From Candidatus Iainarchaeum sp. (GTDB taxonomy: Archaea > B1Sed10-29): DNA of 33,925 bases. Position 1 is the first letter of the stretch, and every line of letters starts with the position of its first letter. The notes below the pieces were generated by a model. That model saw nothing but the letters and a program-made list of their open reading frames with translations, had not been told where the DNA came from and did no database searches. The translations under genes and the position numbers were made by a program. The stretch is from the NCBI GenBank assembly GCA_003551125.1, contig PULY01000028.1, positions 1 to 33,925 on the forward strand, in the 5' to 3' direction. Shown in pieces: positions 18,167 to 27,888 of the stretch.

Positions 18167-20356
18167 TTATATTAGTTCCTCTGGTTTTGGAATTTGTTCC
18201 TTTAATCCTTTTCTTTTTCTTATTTCCATTATCTTTTCTCTTTGTAGACTTTTTGGCAGTGGCTCGTATCCGTAGTATTCTTGACTCCATAGCGCTTTTC
18301 CCTGTGTTATGCTTCTTATGTCGCTTGAGAATCCGAATGTTTCGGCTACGGGTACTTTGGTTGTTACTTTTGTTGTTCTTCCTTTTTGTTCCATGTTTTC
18401 TACTTTTCCTCTTCTGTTCCTTATGTCTTTTGTTATTTCTCCTATGAATTCCTGTGGTGTGTCTATGTAGATTTTTTTCTTTGGTTCCAATAGTTTTGGT
18501 TTTCCCGTTAGTACTGTTGCCTTTATTCCTTTTTTGAGTGTTGGTATTACTTGTGCAGGTCCTCTGTGTACTGCGTCTTCGTGTAGTGATGCATCTTTTA
18601 CAAGTATTTTTGTTCTTGATAGTTTTTCTCTTGCTAGTGGTCCTTCTTCTACTGCTTCTTCGAATGCTTGCACTATTAGATCTTTTGCTTCATTGAGGTA
18701 TTGAACTCCTTTACTTTCATTTATTAGCATGTTGTCTCTTTTTATGCTCCATATGTTTTTCGCTAATTTTTTATCCATTCCGTGTTCTCTTAATTGTTCC
18801 GCTAGTTTCTTTTTATCTTTTATTTCTTGTTCTATTTCTCCTTCTTGTATTGCTTTTGCTATTCCTTCTTCCAGTGGTTCTGCTTGTATTACGAATTGGT
18901 TATGTCTATTTGGTGTTTTTGGTTTTAGTTCCTGTGATTTTTGAGTGGATTGTTCTCTGTATACTACGATTGGTTGGCTTGTTGAGCATTTCACTTTTTT
19001 GTATTTTCTTATTTTTTCTTCGGTTACTTCTAAGTGTAATTCTCCCTGTCCTGATAATCTGTATTCTCCTGTTTCTTCATTTATTTCTACGCTTATGGTT
19101 GGGTCTTCTTTTTCAATTTCTCTCATTGCTTTTATTAATTTTGGCAGTTCTTTTGGATTTTCAGGTTCTATTGATTTTGTTACTACAGGGTCCGAATGAT
19201 GTTCTATGCTTTCGAATGGTATCATGTCTATTTCTGATACCGTTTCTCCTGAGAATGAGTCTCCTATTCCTGTTAAAGCAGCTATGTTTCCAGCTGGTAT
19301 GTCTTTTACTTGTTTTCTTCCTGCTTCCATTGATATGCTTACTTGTTGTATTTTTGCTTCTGCGTGAGTGTTTAATAGTTTTACTTCTTGTCCTTCTCTA
19401 GCTGTTCCGCTGTATATTCTTGCGGTTGCTACCTGTCCTACGTGAGGGTCTTTTTCCAAGTTTGTTACGAGCATTATGGTTTTTCCTTTTTTGTCGCATT
19501 CCTTCATCATTCTTCCTTCTTCTGATTTTGGATCTCCCTTCCATATTTCAGGTATTCTGTATTTTTGTGATTCTTTTGGATTTGGTAAGTGTTTTATTAC
19601 CATATCAAGTACTACAGGGTATACTGGTGATTTTTTAGCCAGTTCTTTTTGATTATCTTCTTTTAGGTATTTATAGATGTCTTTGAATGTTATTCCTGTT
19701 TTTTCCATGTATGGTTTTGATATTCCCCAGTTGTATAGTGCTGATCCGAATGCTACTGATCCGTCTTCCACTGTCATTTGCCATTCTTTTGCTAGTTCTT
19801 TTGTTGGGGCGTAGTTTCTGATCAATTGGTTTACTTCTTTTATTGTGTCTATTAGTCTTTTTTGAAGTTCTTCTTCATCTACTTGTAATTCGGTGATTAG
19901 TCTATCTACTTTGTTTATGTATAGTATGGGTTTGACTTTTTCTTTGAGTGCTTGTCTTACTACTGTTTCTGTTTGGGGCATTATTCCTTCTACTGCTCCT
20001 ACTACTATTACACATCCATCTACTGCTCTCATGGCTCTTGTTACTTCTCCTCCGAAGTCAACGTGTCCTGGTGTGTCTATTAAGTTTATTAAGTATTCAT
20101 CATCATCGAATTCGTAGACCATGGATATGTTTGCACTTTCTATGGTTATTCCTCTTTCTTGTTCTTCTTCCATTGTGTCCATTACTAGTTCTTGTCCTGC
20201 AAGTTCTCCACTCATTAGTCCTGCTCCATAGATCAGGTTGTCTGATAATGTTGTTTTTCCGTGATCTATATGTGCTGCTATTCCTATGTTTCTTACATTT
20301 TCTGTTTTTTCCATTATTTCTCGTGCTTTTTTAGCCATTCGTTCTTTTCTGCCCAT
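18167..20356 (-). CDS. fusA: Translation elongation factor EF-2
   Basis: AHIDHGKTT, RGITI, DTPGHVDF, NKVD, GELHLE; diphthamide loop HEDAVHRGPAQ intact. Confidence 0.99.
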   Translation of the reverse strand: MGRKERMAKKAREIMEKTENVRNIGIAAHIDHGKTTLSDNLIYGAGLMSGELAGQELVMDTMEEEQERGITIESANISMVYEFDDDEYLINLIDTPGHVDFGGEVTRAMRAVDGCVIVVGAVEGIMPQTETVVRQALKEKVKPILYINKVDRLITELQVDEEELQKRLIDTIKEVNQLIRNYAPTKELAKEWQMTVEDGSVAFGSALYNWGISKPYMEKTGITFKDIYKYLKEDNQKELAKKSPVYPVVLDMVIKHLPNPKESQKYRIPEIWKGDPKSEEGRMMKECDKKGKTIMLVTNLEKDPHVGQVATARIYSGTAREGQEVKLLNTHAEAKIQQVSISMEAGRKQVKDIPAGNIAALTGIGDSFSGETVSEIDMIPFESIEHHSDPVVTKSIEPENPKELPKLIKAMREIEKEDPTISVEINEETGEYRLSGQGELHLEVTEEKIRKYKKVKCSTSQPIVVYREQSTQKSQELKPKTPNRHNQFVIQAEPLEEGIAKAIQEGEIEQEIKDKKKLAEQLREHGMDKKLAKNIWSIKRDNMLINESKGVQYLNEAKDLIVQAFEEAVEEGPLAREKLSRTKILVKDASLHEDAVHRGPAQVIPTLKKGIKATVLTGKPKLLEPKKKIYIDTPQEFIGEITKDIRNRRGKVENMEQKGRTTKVTTKVPVAETFGFSSDIRSITQGKALWSQEYYGYEPLPKSLQREKIMEIRKRKGLKEQIPKPEELI

Positions 20357-20399
20357 TTTTATCTCCTTTAATTATTTGATTTTTAGAATTCTCAGTTTG

Positions 20400-20996
20400 C
20401 TATTTTGAACTTTCTGCTATTCTTTCTGCATTTATTTTTTGTGCTACTGAGAATGAACTTGAATCTGAATTTGATGCTTTTATTAATTCGTCTTTTAGTG
20501 CTTCTGATACCGATTTTTTTGAGTTATATGTGTTTATTGCTACTGATTTACCTATATTTCTTATTGAGAAGTCTACTCTTCTTTTTGGTGATGTGTCTAC
20601 TGGTTGATGTCTTTTTATTCCTCCTCTTTGTATCATGGTTGTTTCTTCTCTTGGTGCTGAGTTTTCTATTGCTCTTACAAGTATTTCTATTGGGTTTTTT
20701 CCTGTTTCTTCCTCTATTTTTTCAAATGTTTCCTTCACATTTTTGTACATCTTGCTTTTCTTACCTGTTCCTCCTTTATGTCTTATTACTTTTCCACTTA
20801 TTTTTCTTCCGGTTCCTCCTCTCATGAGTGTATTGATTAATCTTTCCACTATGTTTACGTTTGCTCCTATTGGTTCTTTTACTTGTTTCCCTTGATTGTG
20901 AATAGGTGTTTCTGGATCCAGGTTTATGTATCTCTTTAGTCCTGGGTCTTTTACTTCTATTTCTTCTGTACTCCATTTTCCAAGTATTTTTTCCAT
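20400..20996 (-). CDS. rps7: 30S ribosomal protein uS7
   Basis: DPGLKRYINL, IVERLIN, NPIEILVRAIENSAPREE, VDTSPKRRVD, ERIAESSK. Confidence 0.96.
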   Translation of the reverse strand: MEKILGKWSTEEIEVKDPGLKRYINLDPETPIHNQGKQVKEPIGANVNIVERLINTLMRGGTGRKISGKVIRHKGGTGKKSKMYKNVKETFEKIEEETGKNPIEILVRAIENSAPREETTMIQRGGIKRHQPVDTSPKRRVDFSIRNIGKSVAINTYNSKKSVSEALKDELIKASNSDSSSFSVAQKINAERIAESSK

Positions 20997-21010
20997 TTTT
21001 TTCACTTTTT

Positions 21011-21439
21011 CTATCTTTGTGGTTTTTCTATTTTTCCTTTTATTACTTCTTTGAGTGATACTCCGTTGACTTTTATTATTCTGTATTTTACTCCGACCAT
21101 TGTTCCTACTGGTCCTCCTTGTGCTCCTCCTGCTCCTTCTATTAGTACTTCGTCATGTTCATCTATTATGTTTACTGCTCCTTCTTTTGGCATGTGTACT
21201 GTCACTACTTTTCCGTTTTTCAGTAGTTGTACTCTTGCACATTTGATTATTCCTGAGGAGGGTTGTTTTTGTTCTATTCCTTTTTTCTGTAGGACTATTC
21301 CTCTAGCTTGTGGTGCTCCTTCCAGTGGGTCTTGAAGTCTTCCAGCTTTTTTTCTCATTCTCTTTACGTACTTGCTGTCGCTCCATCTATCTTTTTTTCT
21401 TTTTTCTTTGAGTTTTCTTGCTGCGAATTCTCCTGGCAT
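21011..21439 (-). CDS. rps12: 30S ribosomal protein uS12
   Basis: [47 protein letters not shown]. Confidence 0.96.
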   Translation of the reverse strand: MPGEFAARKLKEKRKKDRWSDSKYVKRMRKKAGRLQDPLEGAPQARGIVLQKKGIEQKQPSSGIIKCARVQLLKNGKVVTVHMPKEGAVNIIDEHDEVLIEGAGGAQGGPVGTMVGVKYRIIKVNGVSLKEVIKGKIEKPQR

Positions 21440-21529
21440 TTTTTCTTACCTCTGTGTTTTTTTGAGCGTTATTTTTTTGTTTTTTGAGTTATTTATTGTT
21501 TTTGTAGTTTCTTTCCTTATTTTTTAATT

Positions 21530-21937
21530 TTAAATGATTTTTATGTTTTCTATATCGAAGTGTCTCTTTGTCAGTTCTTTTACTTTTCTTACTTTTTTTC
21601 CTTTTCTTCCTATTGTTCTCTTTTTGTCCGAAGGATCCACTTTTATTCTTACTTCTCCGTCTTTTTCCTGTATTTTTTTCGGTTCTACAGGATAGAATAA
21701 GTTTCTTATAAATTCTTCGAGATCTTCAGAGTATTTGTAAACGTGTATCTTTTTTCCTAGTTTCCTTTTAACTTTGTTGATCATTGATCCTTCTTTTCCT
21801 ATTGCTAGTCCTAAATCTTCGGGTTTTACTAGTATTGTTGCTTCTTCTTCATTTATTATACAGTCTTTTACTGTTGCTCCTGTGATTTCTTCAAATATGT
21901 TTATGGTTTTGATTTCTTTTGATCCGTATTTGATCAT
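21530..21937 (-). CDS. nusA: Archaeal NusA (two KH domains)
   Basis: FEEITGATVKDC, GLAIGKEG, IGRKGK; canonical position after eL30. Confidence 0.93.
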   Translation of the reverse strand: MIKYGSKEIKTINIFEEITGATVKDCIINEEEATILVKPEDLGLAIGKEGSMINKVKRKLGKKIHVYKYSEDLEEFIRNLFYPVEPKKIQEKDGEVRIKVDPSDKKRTIGRKGKKVRKVKELTKRHFDIENIKII

Positions 21938-21989
21938 TTTGTTCCCTTTTGTTCTGTTTTTCCTTGTTTACTTTTGTTTTTCTTTGTTT

Positions 21990-22283
21990 TTATTCTATTT
22001 CTTTTTTGTTGACTGTTCCTGTGTCTTCAATTGTTATTGTTGTGGTTAAATGTGGTCTTCTGCAGGTTTCTCCTAGTTCCAGACTTGTTCCGGGATATGT
22101 TTTTAGGAGTATATTTTTTTCCTTTGTTTTTTCTTTTATTTCTTTTTTTATTTCTCTAGGGGTGTTCTTCGCTATTATCACTATTTCTACTTTTCCTTCT
22201 TCTATTTTTTCTTTTGTTTCTTTTGTACCGTATGTTATTTTACCTGTTCTTATTATTTCTTTTATTGCTTTTTCTATTTCCAT
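21990..22283 (-). CDS. rpl30e: 50S ribosomal protein eL30
   Basis: TGKITYGTKET, IIAKNTP, YPGTSLELGETCRRPH, IEDTG. Confidence 0.93.
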   Translation of the reverse strand: MEIEKAIKEIIRTGKITYGTKETKEKIEEGKVEIVIIAKNTPREIKKEIKEKTKEKNILLKTYPGTSLELGETCRRPHLTTTITIEDTGTVNKKEIE

Positions 22284-22301
22284 TTTGATCATCGTTTTCT
22301 T

Positions 22302-23456
22302 TTAGTTTTTTTGTTTTTCCAGGTCTATTCTTAGGTCGACCATTCCTGTTCCAACTGGTATTGGGTTTCCAACTATTATGTTTTCTGCTACTCCTTTTAG
22401 TTCATCTTTTTCTCCTTTTTGAGCTGCTTTTAGAAGATGTTTGATTTGTTCTTCAAATGCTGCTCTTGCTAGTACTGATTCCTTTTCTCCTGATATTCCA
22501 TGTCTTCCTATTGGTGTTGGTCTTCCGCTTCTTGTTAATGCATCTGATATTAGGAGTATATGTCTTTTGTTTATATTATATTCTTCCGTTATTTCCATTA
22601 GTTCTTTGTACAGCATTTTTCTCGTTGCTTCTATTCCAAGTGTTTTGTATATTTCAGGGATTGAGTTTGAATCTGTCTTCTCTGGGTCTATGTCATCTGT
22701 TTTTAGAACTTCTTTTAGGTTTGATCCATCTGTGTGTATTTCGTATCTTGTTTCTCCATTTTCTTCTTTCTCTACTAATGTTGCTTTTTCTATTCCTTCT
22801 ATTCCTATTATTCTTGTGTTTTCCGCTTTTTCTACATATCTTCTGAGTGATTTTAGAGTTGATGCTTTTGGTTTGAATATTATTTTATCTTTTTCTATTT
22901 TTTCAGGTTTTCTTCTAATTTTTTCTTTTATTTTTTCCGCGATTTCATTCATTTCTATTCCTAGTTTTTCTATTTTTTCCATGTCGGGTTTTATTATTAT
23001 TTTTTCTTCAACCAGGTCTTCTTCTACTTTTCCTATGTCATTTGTTTTTGTTTCTTCAATTTTTTTCGCAATTTTTACTACTTTTTCTTTGTTTTTTTCT
23101 ATTTCTTTTTTTGGTCTTATTCTACATACTTCTTTCTTAGGTGTTTTTCTAGTTTCTATTAGCTCTTCAAGTCTTGGAAGTCCTTGTACTACGCTTACTC
23201 CTTCTGATAGTCCTGCCACGTGGAATGTTTTTAACGTCATTTGTGTTGCTCTTTCACCTATCGATTGTGCTGCTATTGCTCCTGCTGCTTCTCCTGGTTC
23301 CACTTGTCTTTTTTTGTATTCTTTTAGTACTTCTTCCATTACTTTTTCTGTTTGTTTCTGGTTTAGGTCCTTTGTTTCTTTTTTTGTCTCTTCTAGAAGT
23401 TTTTCAGGGAGTTCTTCTTCGTATTTTTGATAGATTTTTTTCTTTCCTTTTGCCAT
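22302..23456 (-). CDS. rpoA2: DNA-directed RNA polymerase subunit A'' (Rpo1C)
   Basis: VEPGEAAG..AAQSIGE, TQMTLKTFH, GLPRLEE, LGIEA, RHILL, SVLARAAFE, GVAENIIVG..GTG. Confidence 0.97.
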   Translation of the reverse strand: MAKGKKKIYQKYEEELPEKLLEETKKETKDLNQKQTEKVMEEVLKEYKKRQVEPGEAAGAIAAQSIGERATQMTLKTFHVAGLSEGVSVVQGLPRLEELIETRKTPKKEVCRIRPKKEIEKNKEKVVKIAKKIEETKTNDIGKVEEDLVEEKIIIKPDMEKIEKLGIEMNEIAEKIKEKIRRKPEKIEKDKIIFKPKASTLKSLRRYVEKAENTRIIGIEGIEKATLVEKEENGETRYEIHTDGSNLKEVLKTDDIDPEKTDSNSIPEIYKTLGIEATRKMLYKELMEITEEYNINKRHILLISDALTRSGRPTPIGRHGISGEKESVLARAAFEEQIKHLLKAAQKGEKDELKGVAENIIVGNPIPVGTGMVDLRIDLEKQKN

Positions 23457-23469
23457 TTTATCTCCTTTC

Positions 23470-26004
23470 TTATTTTTTTTCCTTTAATACTTTGTTTTTT
23501 ATCTTTTTGATGTCTATTCCTACTTCTCCTCTTGTGTTTTGAGGATGTATCTTGTCTTCCCCGTAGTTGAATTGAATTATTTGGTTTGATGCGCTTCTGA
23601 CTGTTTTATCTTGTTCCACTTTTAGATCTATTAATGCGTTTGCTGCTCTTTTGTATAGGTATCCTGAGTCTCTTGTGTTTAGTCCTTTGTCTATCTCTGA
23701 GTCTCTTCCATCCATCGCGTTTTGGAATAATTGTATTGGTGTCAGTCCTTCTAAGAATGAATTTGGTATGAATCCTCTGTCTTGAGGTGATAGTGTTTCT
23801 CTTTTTTGGTGAGGGAGTATTCTTCCTTTGTATCCTTTTTCAAGTCTTTTACCTTCTACTGCTGCTTGTCCAAGTGCTGAGCTCATTTGTACTAGGTTTT
23901 TCCAGTCTCCTCTTGCTCCACTTTTTGTCATTATTACTCCTGGGTTTTTTGGATCGAAGCTTCTGTATACTAAATCTTTTAGTTCACTGTTTATTTCACT
24001 CATTTTTTCTCTTACTTTTGCTTCAAGTGTTTCTTTTTCAGTTTTACCTGGATATGGTTCCAGTCTTCCTTCTTTGTATGCTTTGATATCTTTTTTTGCT
24101 TCGTCTTCTTTTTTCTTGATTATTTTTTTCCTTTCTTTATTTATTTTTTCATCTAACTCGTAATCTTTCATTGTGATTGTGTGTCCTTTCATCATTAATG
24201 CTTCCACTGTTACTCTTCCTATTCTATCTATAAATCTTCTCGCTTCTTCTACTCCCTCTTCATCCGCTATTTCTCTTGTTAGTTTTCCTCCTGGTCCGAA
24301 TGTGTTTTCGTCAAGTGTTCCTGTCTTTATCTGTCCGTCTTCTATTTTTACTTTTTCTTCTGATAAGTTGCTTTTTCCTTCCATATCTATTGAATTTGGA
24401 ATTAATTCGCTTATAATCTCTCTTCCAGTGTATTCTTTTTTGTCTTTATCTCCGGGTAGTTTGTTTATTCCTGCTTTTTTGAGAAGTCTCAGTGTTTCTT
24501 TTTTTGTGAATTTTGTTCCTTTGGTTGTCATGACTGCTAGTCCTGTTACATAGTCTTGGTGTCCCGCTAATATTTCTCCGTCTTTTGGTGATAGCAGGTT
24601 TTCACTTACTCTTAGTAAGTTATCTGCTTCTACTTGTGCTTCAGTTGTTTGCGGTATATGTACATTCATCTCGTCTCCATCGAAGTCCGCGTTATAAGGT
24701 ATTGCGATTCCGTCATTTATTCTGATTGTTTTTCCAGGCATTATTTTTGCTCTGTGAGCCATCATTGATTGTCTGTGTAGACTTGGTTGTCTGTTGAATA
24801 TTACAGGATCTCCATCTTTTAGCTGTCTTTCTACTGTGTACCCTGGTTCTAATTCTTCAATTAATTCTTCCTTGTTGAATTCGGTTATTTTGATTTTTTC
24901 TCCAGTTGGTCTTTTCACGTAATTTGCTTTTGGATGTTCTTCATTTTCTATGTATTCTTTCGCTTTTTCTATGTTTTTCTTCGTTACTTTCATTGGCACT
25001 GTTAGTTCTTCAGCCATTTCTAATGGCATTCCTACTTCTCCTATTGATATTGATGGGTCTGGACTTATTACTGATCTTCCTGAGAAATTCACTCTTTTTC
25101 CCGTTAGGTTTCCTTTTATTCTTCCTTCTTTTCCTTTTATTCTTTCAAAGAGCGTTTGTAATGATTTTCCTGATCTGTGTTTAGCTGCTGGTATTCCAGT
25201 TGTACTGTTATTCATGAAGGTAGTTACATGGTATTGTAATAGGTCCCATAGGTCCTCTATAATTGGTTGTGGTGCTCCTGCTGATAGATTATCCGCTAAT
25301 CTTTGGTTTATTCTCAATAAATCTATTAATTTATGTGTTAAATCATCTTCTGATCTGTCTCCCGATTCCAGTGTTATTGATGGTCTTGTGGTTGCTGGTG
25401 GTACGGGTAGTACTGTTAGTATCATCCATTCTGGTTTGTTTTCTTTACTTATATTAAGTGGTTCAAGATGTTCTTCTGGTATTCTCTCTAATCTTTCTCT
25501 TATTTCATTTGGTCTTAGTCTTTGTCCATTTTCCCTGTAGCTGGTTGGTTTTATGAATTCTATCTTTTTTTGTTCCGCTTCACAGTGTGGGCATTTTTCT
25601 CTTTTCTTAGCTTTGTTTCTTATTTTTCTGAATTGATAGATTCCTTTTTCCGGTTCTTTTTCAATTTCCTTTACTTTTTCTTCCGTTAGTGTTATTTTTC
25701 CGCATTCGCTGCAGGTTGTTCTTAATAAATCGTATATTTTTCTTCCAAATCCAACGTGTATTACTGGTCTTACGAGTTCTATGTGTCCAAAGTGTCCAGG
25801 GCAAGTGTCTTTTCTTCCTCCGCATGTTTTGCACCTTAGTCCAGGGTTTACTACTCCCATTTTTAGGTCCATTAATCCTCCTTCTATTGGGTATCCTGCA
25901 TCGTCGTATATGTCAGGTACTACGACTCTTATAGCGGACATTTCCCTTACTGTTTCTGGATCCATTAATCGAAAGCTTATTTCTCCTATTTCTTTTTCTA
26001 TCAT
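23470..26004 (-). CDS. rpoA1: DNA-directed RNA polymerase subunit A' (Rpo1N)
   Basis: CKTCG..CPGHFGHIEL zinc site, GKRVNFS, FNRQPSLHR, catalytic YNADFDGDEMN. Confidence 0.99.
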   Translation of the reverse strand: MIEKEIGEISFRLMDPETVREMSAIRVVVPDIYDDAGYPIEGGLMDLKMGVVNPGLRCKTCGGRKDTCPGHFGHIELVRPVIHVGFGRKIYDLLRTTCSECGKITLTEEKVKEIEKEPEKGIYQFRKIRNKAKKREKCPHCEAEQKKIEFIKPTSYRENGQRLRPNEIRERLERIPEEHLEPLNISKENKPEWMILTVLPVPPATTRPSITLESGDRSEDDLTHKLIDLLRINQRLADNLSAGAPQPIIEDLWDLLQYHVTTFMNNSTTGIPAAKHRSGKSLQTLFERIKGKEGRIKGNLTGKRVNFSGRSVISPDPSISIGEVGMPLEMAEELTVPMKVTKKNIEKAKEYIENEEHPKANYVKRPTGEKIKITEFNKEELIEELEPGYTVERQLKDGDPVIFNRQPSLHRQSMMAHRAKIMPGKTIRINDGIAIPYNADFDGDEMNVHIPQTTEAQVEADNLLRVSENLLSPKDGEILAGHQDYVTGLAVMTTKGTKFTKKETLRLLKKAGINKLPGDKDKKEYTGREIISELIPNSIDMEGKSNLSEEKVKIEDGQIKTGTLDENTFGPGGKLTREIADEEGVEEARRFIDRIGRVTVEALMMKGHTITMKDYELDEKINKERKKIIKKKEDEAKKDIKAYKEGRLEPYPGKTEKETLEAKVREKMSEINSELKDLVYRSFDPKNPGVIMTKSGARGDWKNLVQMSSALGQAAVEGKRLEKGYKGRILPHQKRETLSPQDRGFIPNSFLEGLTPIQLFQNAMDGRDSEIDKGLNTRDSGYLYKRAANALIDLKVEQDKTVRSASNQIIQFNYGEDKIHPQNTRGEVGIDIKKIKNKVLKEKK

Positions 26005-26073
26005 TTTAATCGTCTTTTTTTATTTTTACAATGCTTTCTATCGTTTCTGGGTCTAACATTTTTTATCTCTTTT

Positions 26074-27879
26074 TTATGCTTTGTCTCTTAACCCTAGTTT
26101 TGGTTTTATTCCTATTGATTTTAATTCGTTTAATAGTAGTTTGAATGTGTAGCTCATTTTTACTTTTTCTACTTCTTTTGATCCGCATGATTCGCAGTAT
26201 GTTTCTCCTTTTATTTGGTTTTTTACTGCTATTGATCCGCATGATTCGCATACATACTGTATTGTTTCGTCGGATTCATCCATTAGTCTTTCTTGTAGAA
26301 GCATGCTTGCTCCGTGTGATATTAAACAGTCTCTTTCCATTACTCCTATTCTTAGACCTCCTTTTCTTGATCTTCCTTCTGTTGGCTGTCTTGTGAGTAT
26401 TTGAACTGGTCCTGTTGATCTTGCTCTTATTTTCTTTGATACTAAGTGTTCTAATCTTTCGTAGTAAACTACTCCTACGAATATTTTTGCTTCTATTCTT
26501 CTTCCTGTTTTTCCATCGTACATTATCTCTTTTCCAGTTGGTCTGAATCCGTGCTTTTCAAGTGTTTCCTCGAGTTTTTCCTTTGGTTCTCCTTCGAATG
26601 CTGTTCCATCGGTTTTTTCTCCCTCTATTGATGCTTTTTTGCTTCCTATCGCTTCTAGTAAGTGCCCTACTGTCATTCTTGATGGTACTGCGTGTGAGTT
26701 GAATATCATGTCTGGTTGTATTCCATTTTCACTCCATGGTAGGTCTTCTTCATCTTCTATTAGCCCTACTACTCCTTTTTGACCTGATCTTGCTGCAAAT
26801 TTATCTCCTACTAGTGGAGGCATTGTTTTTCTTGTTCTTACTTTTACCAATCTGCTTCCATTTTCATCTTCTGTTGCCATTACCCAGTCCACTTTTCCTG
26901 CTGCGTTTGGTCTTGTTGTTTTTGAATCTTCTTTTCTTTTTTCTTCCATTGGTGTTAATTCGCTTGTTTCTTCAAGGAATCTTGGTGGACTTGTTTTTCC
27001 TATTAGTACTCCTCCTGCTTCTACTTCTGTTTCTGGATTGGCTATTCCGTCTTCTCCTAAGTGAGTGTATTCTTCTTCTCCTCTGTATCCTTGTACTTCT
27101 TCGGTTGGTATTTCAAACCTATCTCTTTGTCCAGCTGCGTATCTCCTTTCTTTCGAGCTGTATGTTCTTAAATATGATCCTCTTGATAGTGCTCTTTCCA
27201 CACTTCCTTTGTTTAATATAATTGCGTCATCAATGTTATATGCTCTATATGGCATTATTGCCACTACAAAGTTTTGACCTATTGGTCTTGTTGTTAATCC
27301 TGCTTTTTCATCATATTTTGTACCTGTTAAAGGTTTTTGAGGGTAGAATAAGTAGTATCCTTGAGTATCTGTTCTTATGTTAGTTGTTGGAGAATAGAGA
27401 CCCATTGCTTGTCTCATCATAGAGTCTCCTTTTGCTGTCCTTACTGAGTGTGAGTGTTCTGGGTAAGGATTTACTGCTGAAGGTATTCCGAGTGATAGTG
27501 TTGGATGTATTTCTAGATGAGTGTGTTCTTCAGTTAATTCTTCTTCTTCCATTGCTATGTATGCGTTTTCTTCTTCTTCGGCATCTAAGTATTCTATTAT
27601 TCCATTTTTGAATAAATCTTCAAAGCTCATTTCATCTTTTTTAACTTTTTCTATATGTTCTTCGGTTAATTTAGGTTTTCCATCCTCTACAATTATCAAT
27701 GGTCTTATTGCTCTTCCTTTATCGGTGTTTATGTAAACTGAGTTATCATAATTGCTCACTGTGAGTGTTTTTGGAAGTTCTCCTCTCCTTCTTTTTCCTC
27801 TTATTTCTTCCGCTATTTCTTCAGGTTCTTCGTGAAACCCTATTAGTGATCCATCTAAGTATACACTCGCTTTATTCAT
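26074..27879 (-). CDS. rpoB1: DNA-directed RNA polymerase subunit B' (Rpo2C)
   Basis: EYLDAEEEEN, THLEI, GQNFVVA, GDKF..R.GQKG, PSRMTVG, RQPTEGR, C-terminal CESC..CESC zinc ribbon. Confidence 0.98.
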   Translation of the reverse strand: MNKASVYLDGSLIGFHEEPEEIAEEIRGKRRRGELPKTLTVSNYDNSVYINTDKGRAIRPLIIVEDGKPKLTEEHIEKVKKDEMSFEDLFKNGIIEYLDAEEEENAYIAMEEEELTEEHTHLEIHPTLSLGIPSAVNPYPEHSHSVRTAKGDSMMRQAMGLYSPTTNIRTDTQGYYLFYPQKPLTGTKYDEKAGLTTRPIGQNFVVAIMPYRAYNIDDAIILNKGSVERALSRGSYLRTYSSKERRYAAGQRDRFEIPTEEVQGYRGEEEYTHLGEDGIANPETEVEAGGVLIGKTSPPRFLEETSELTPMEEKRKEDSKTTRPNAAGKVDWVMATEDENGSRLVKVRTRKTMPPLVGDKFAARSGQKGVVGLIEDEEDLPWSENGIQPDMIFNSHAVPSRMTVGHLLEAIGSKKASIEGEKTDGTAFEGEPKEKLEETLEKHGFRPTGKEIMYDGKTGRRIEAKIFVGVVYYERLEHLVSKKIRARSTGPVQILTRQPTEGRSRKGGLRIGVMERDCLISHGASMLLQERLMDESDETIQYVCESCGSIAVKNQIKGETYCESCGSKEVEKVKMSYTFKLLLNELKSIGIKPKLGLRDKA

Positions 27880-27888
27880 TTTTACACC

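Noticed and set aside
21456..21494. Imperfect direct repeat GTTTTTTGAG(CG)TTATTT upstream of rps12
   Set aside because: Only two low-complexity copies with no spacers; not a CRISPR array and not distinguishable from background.
26173..26250. Repeated TTGATCCGCATGATTCGCA in rpoB'
   Set aside because: It encodes the two CESCGS halves of the zinc ribbon, so it is explained by the protein sequence.
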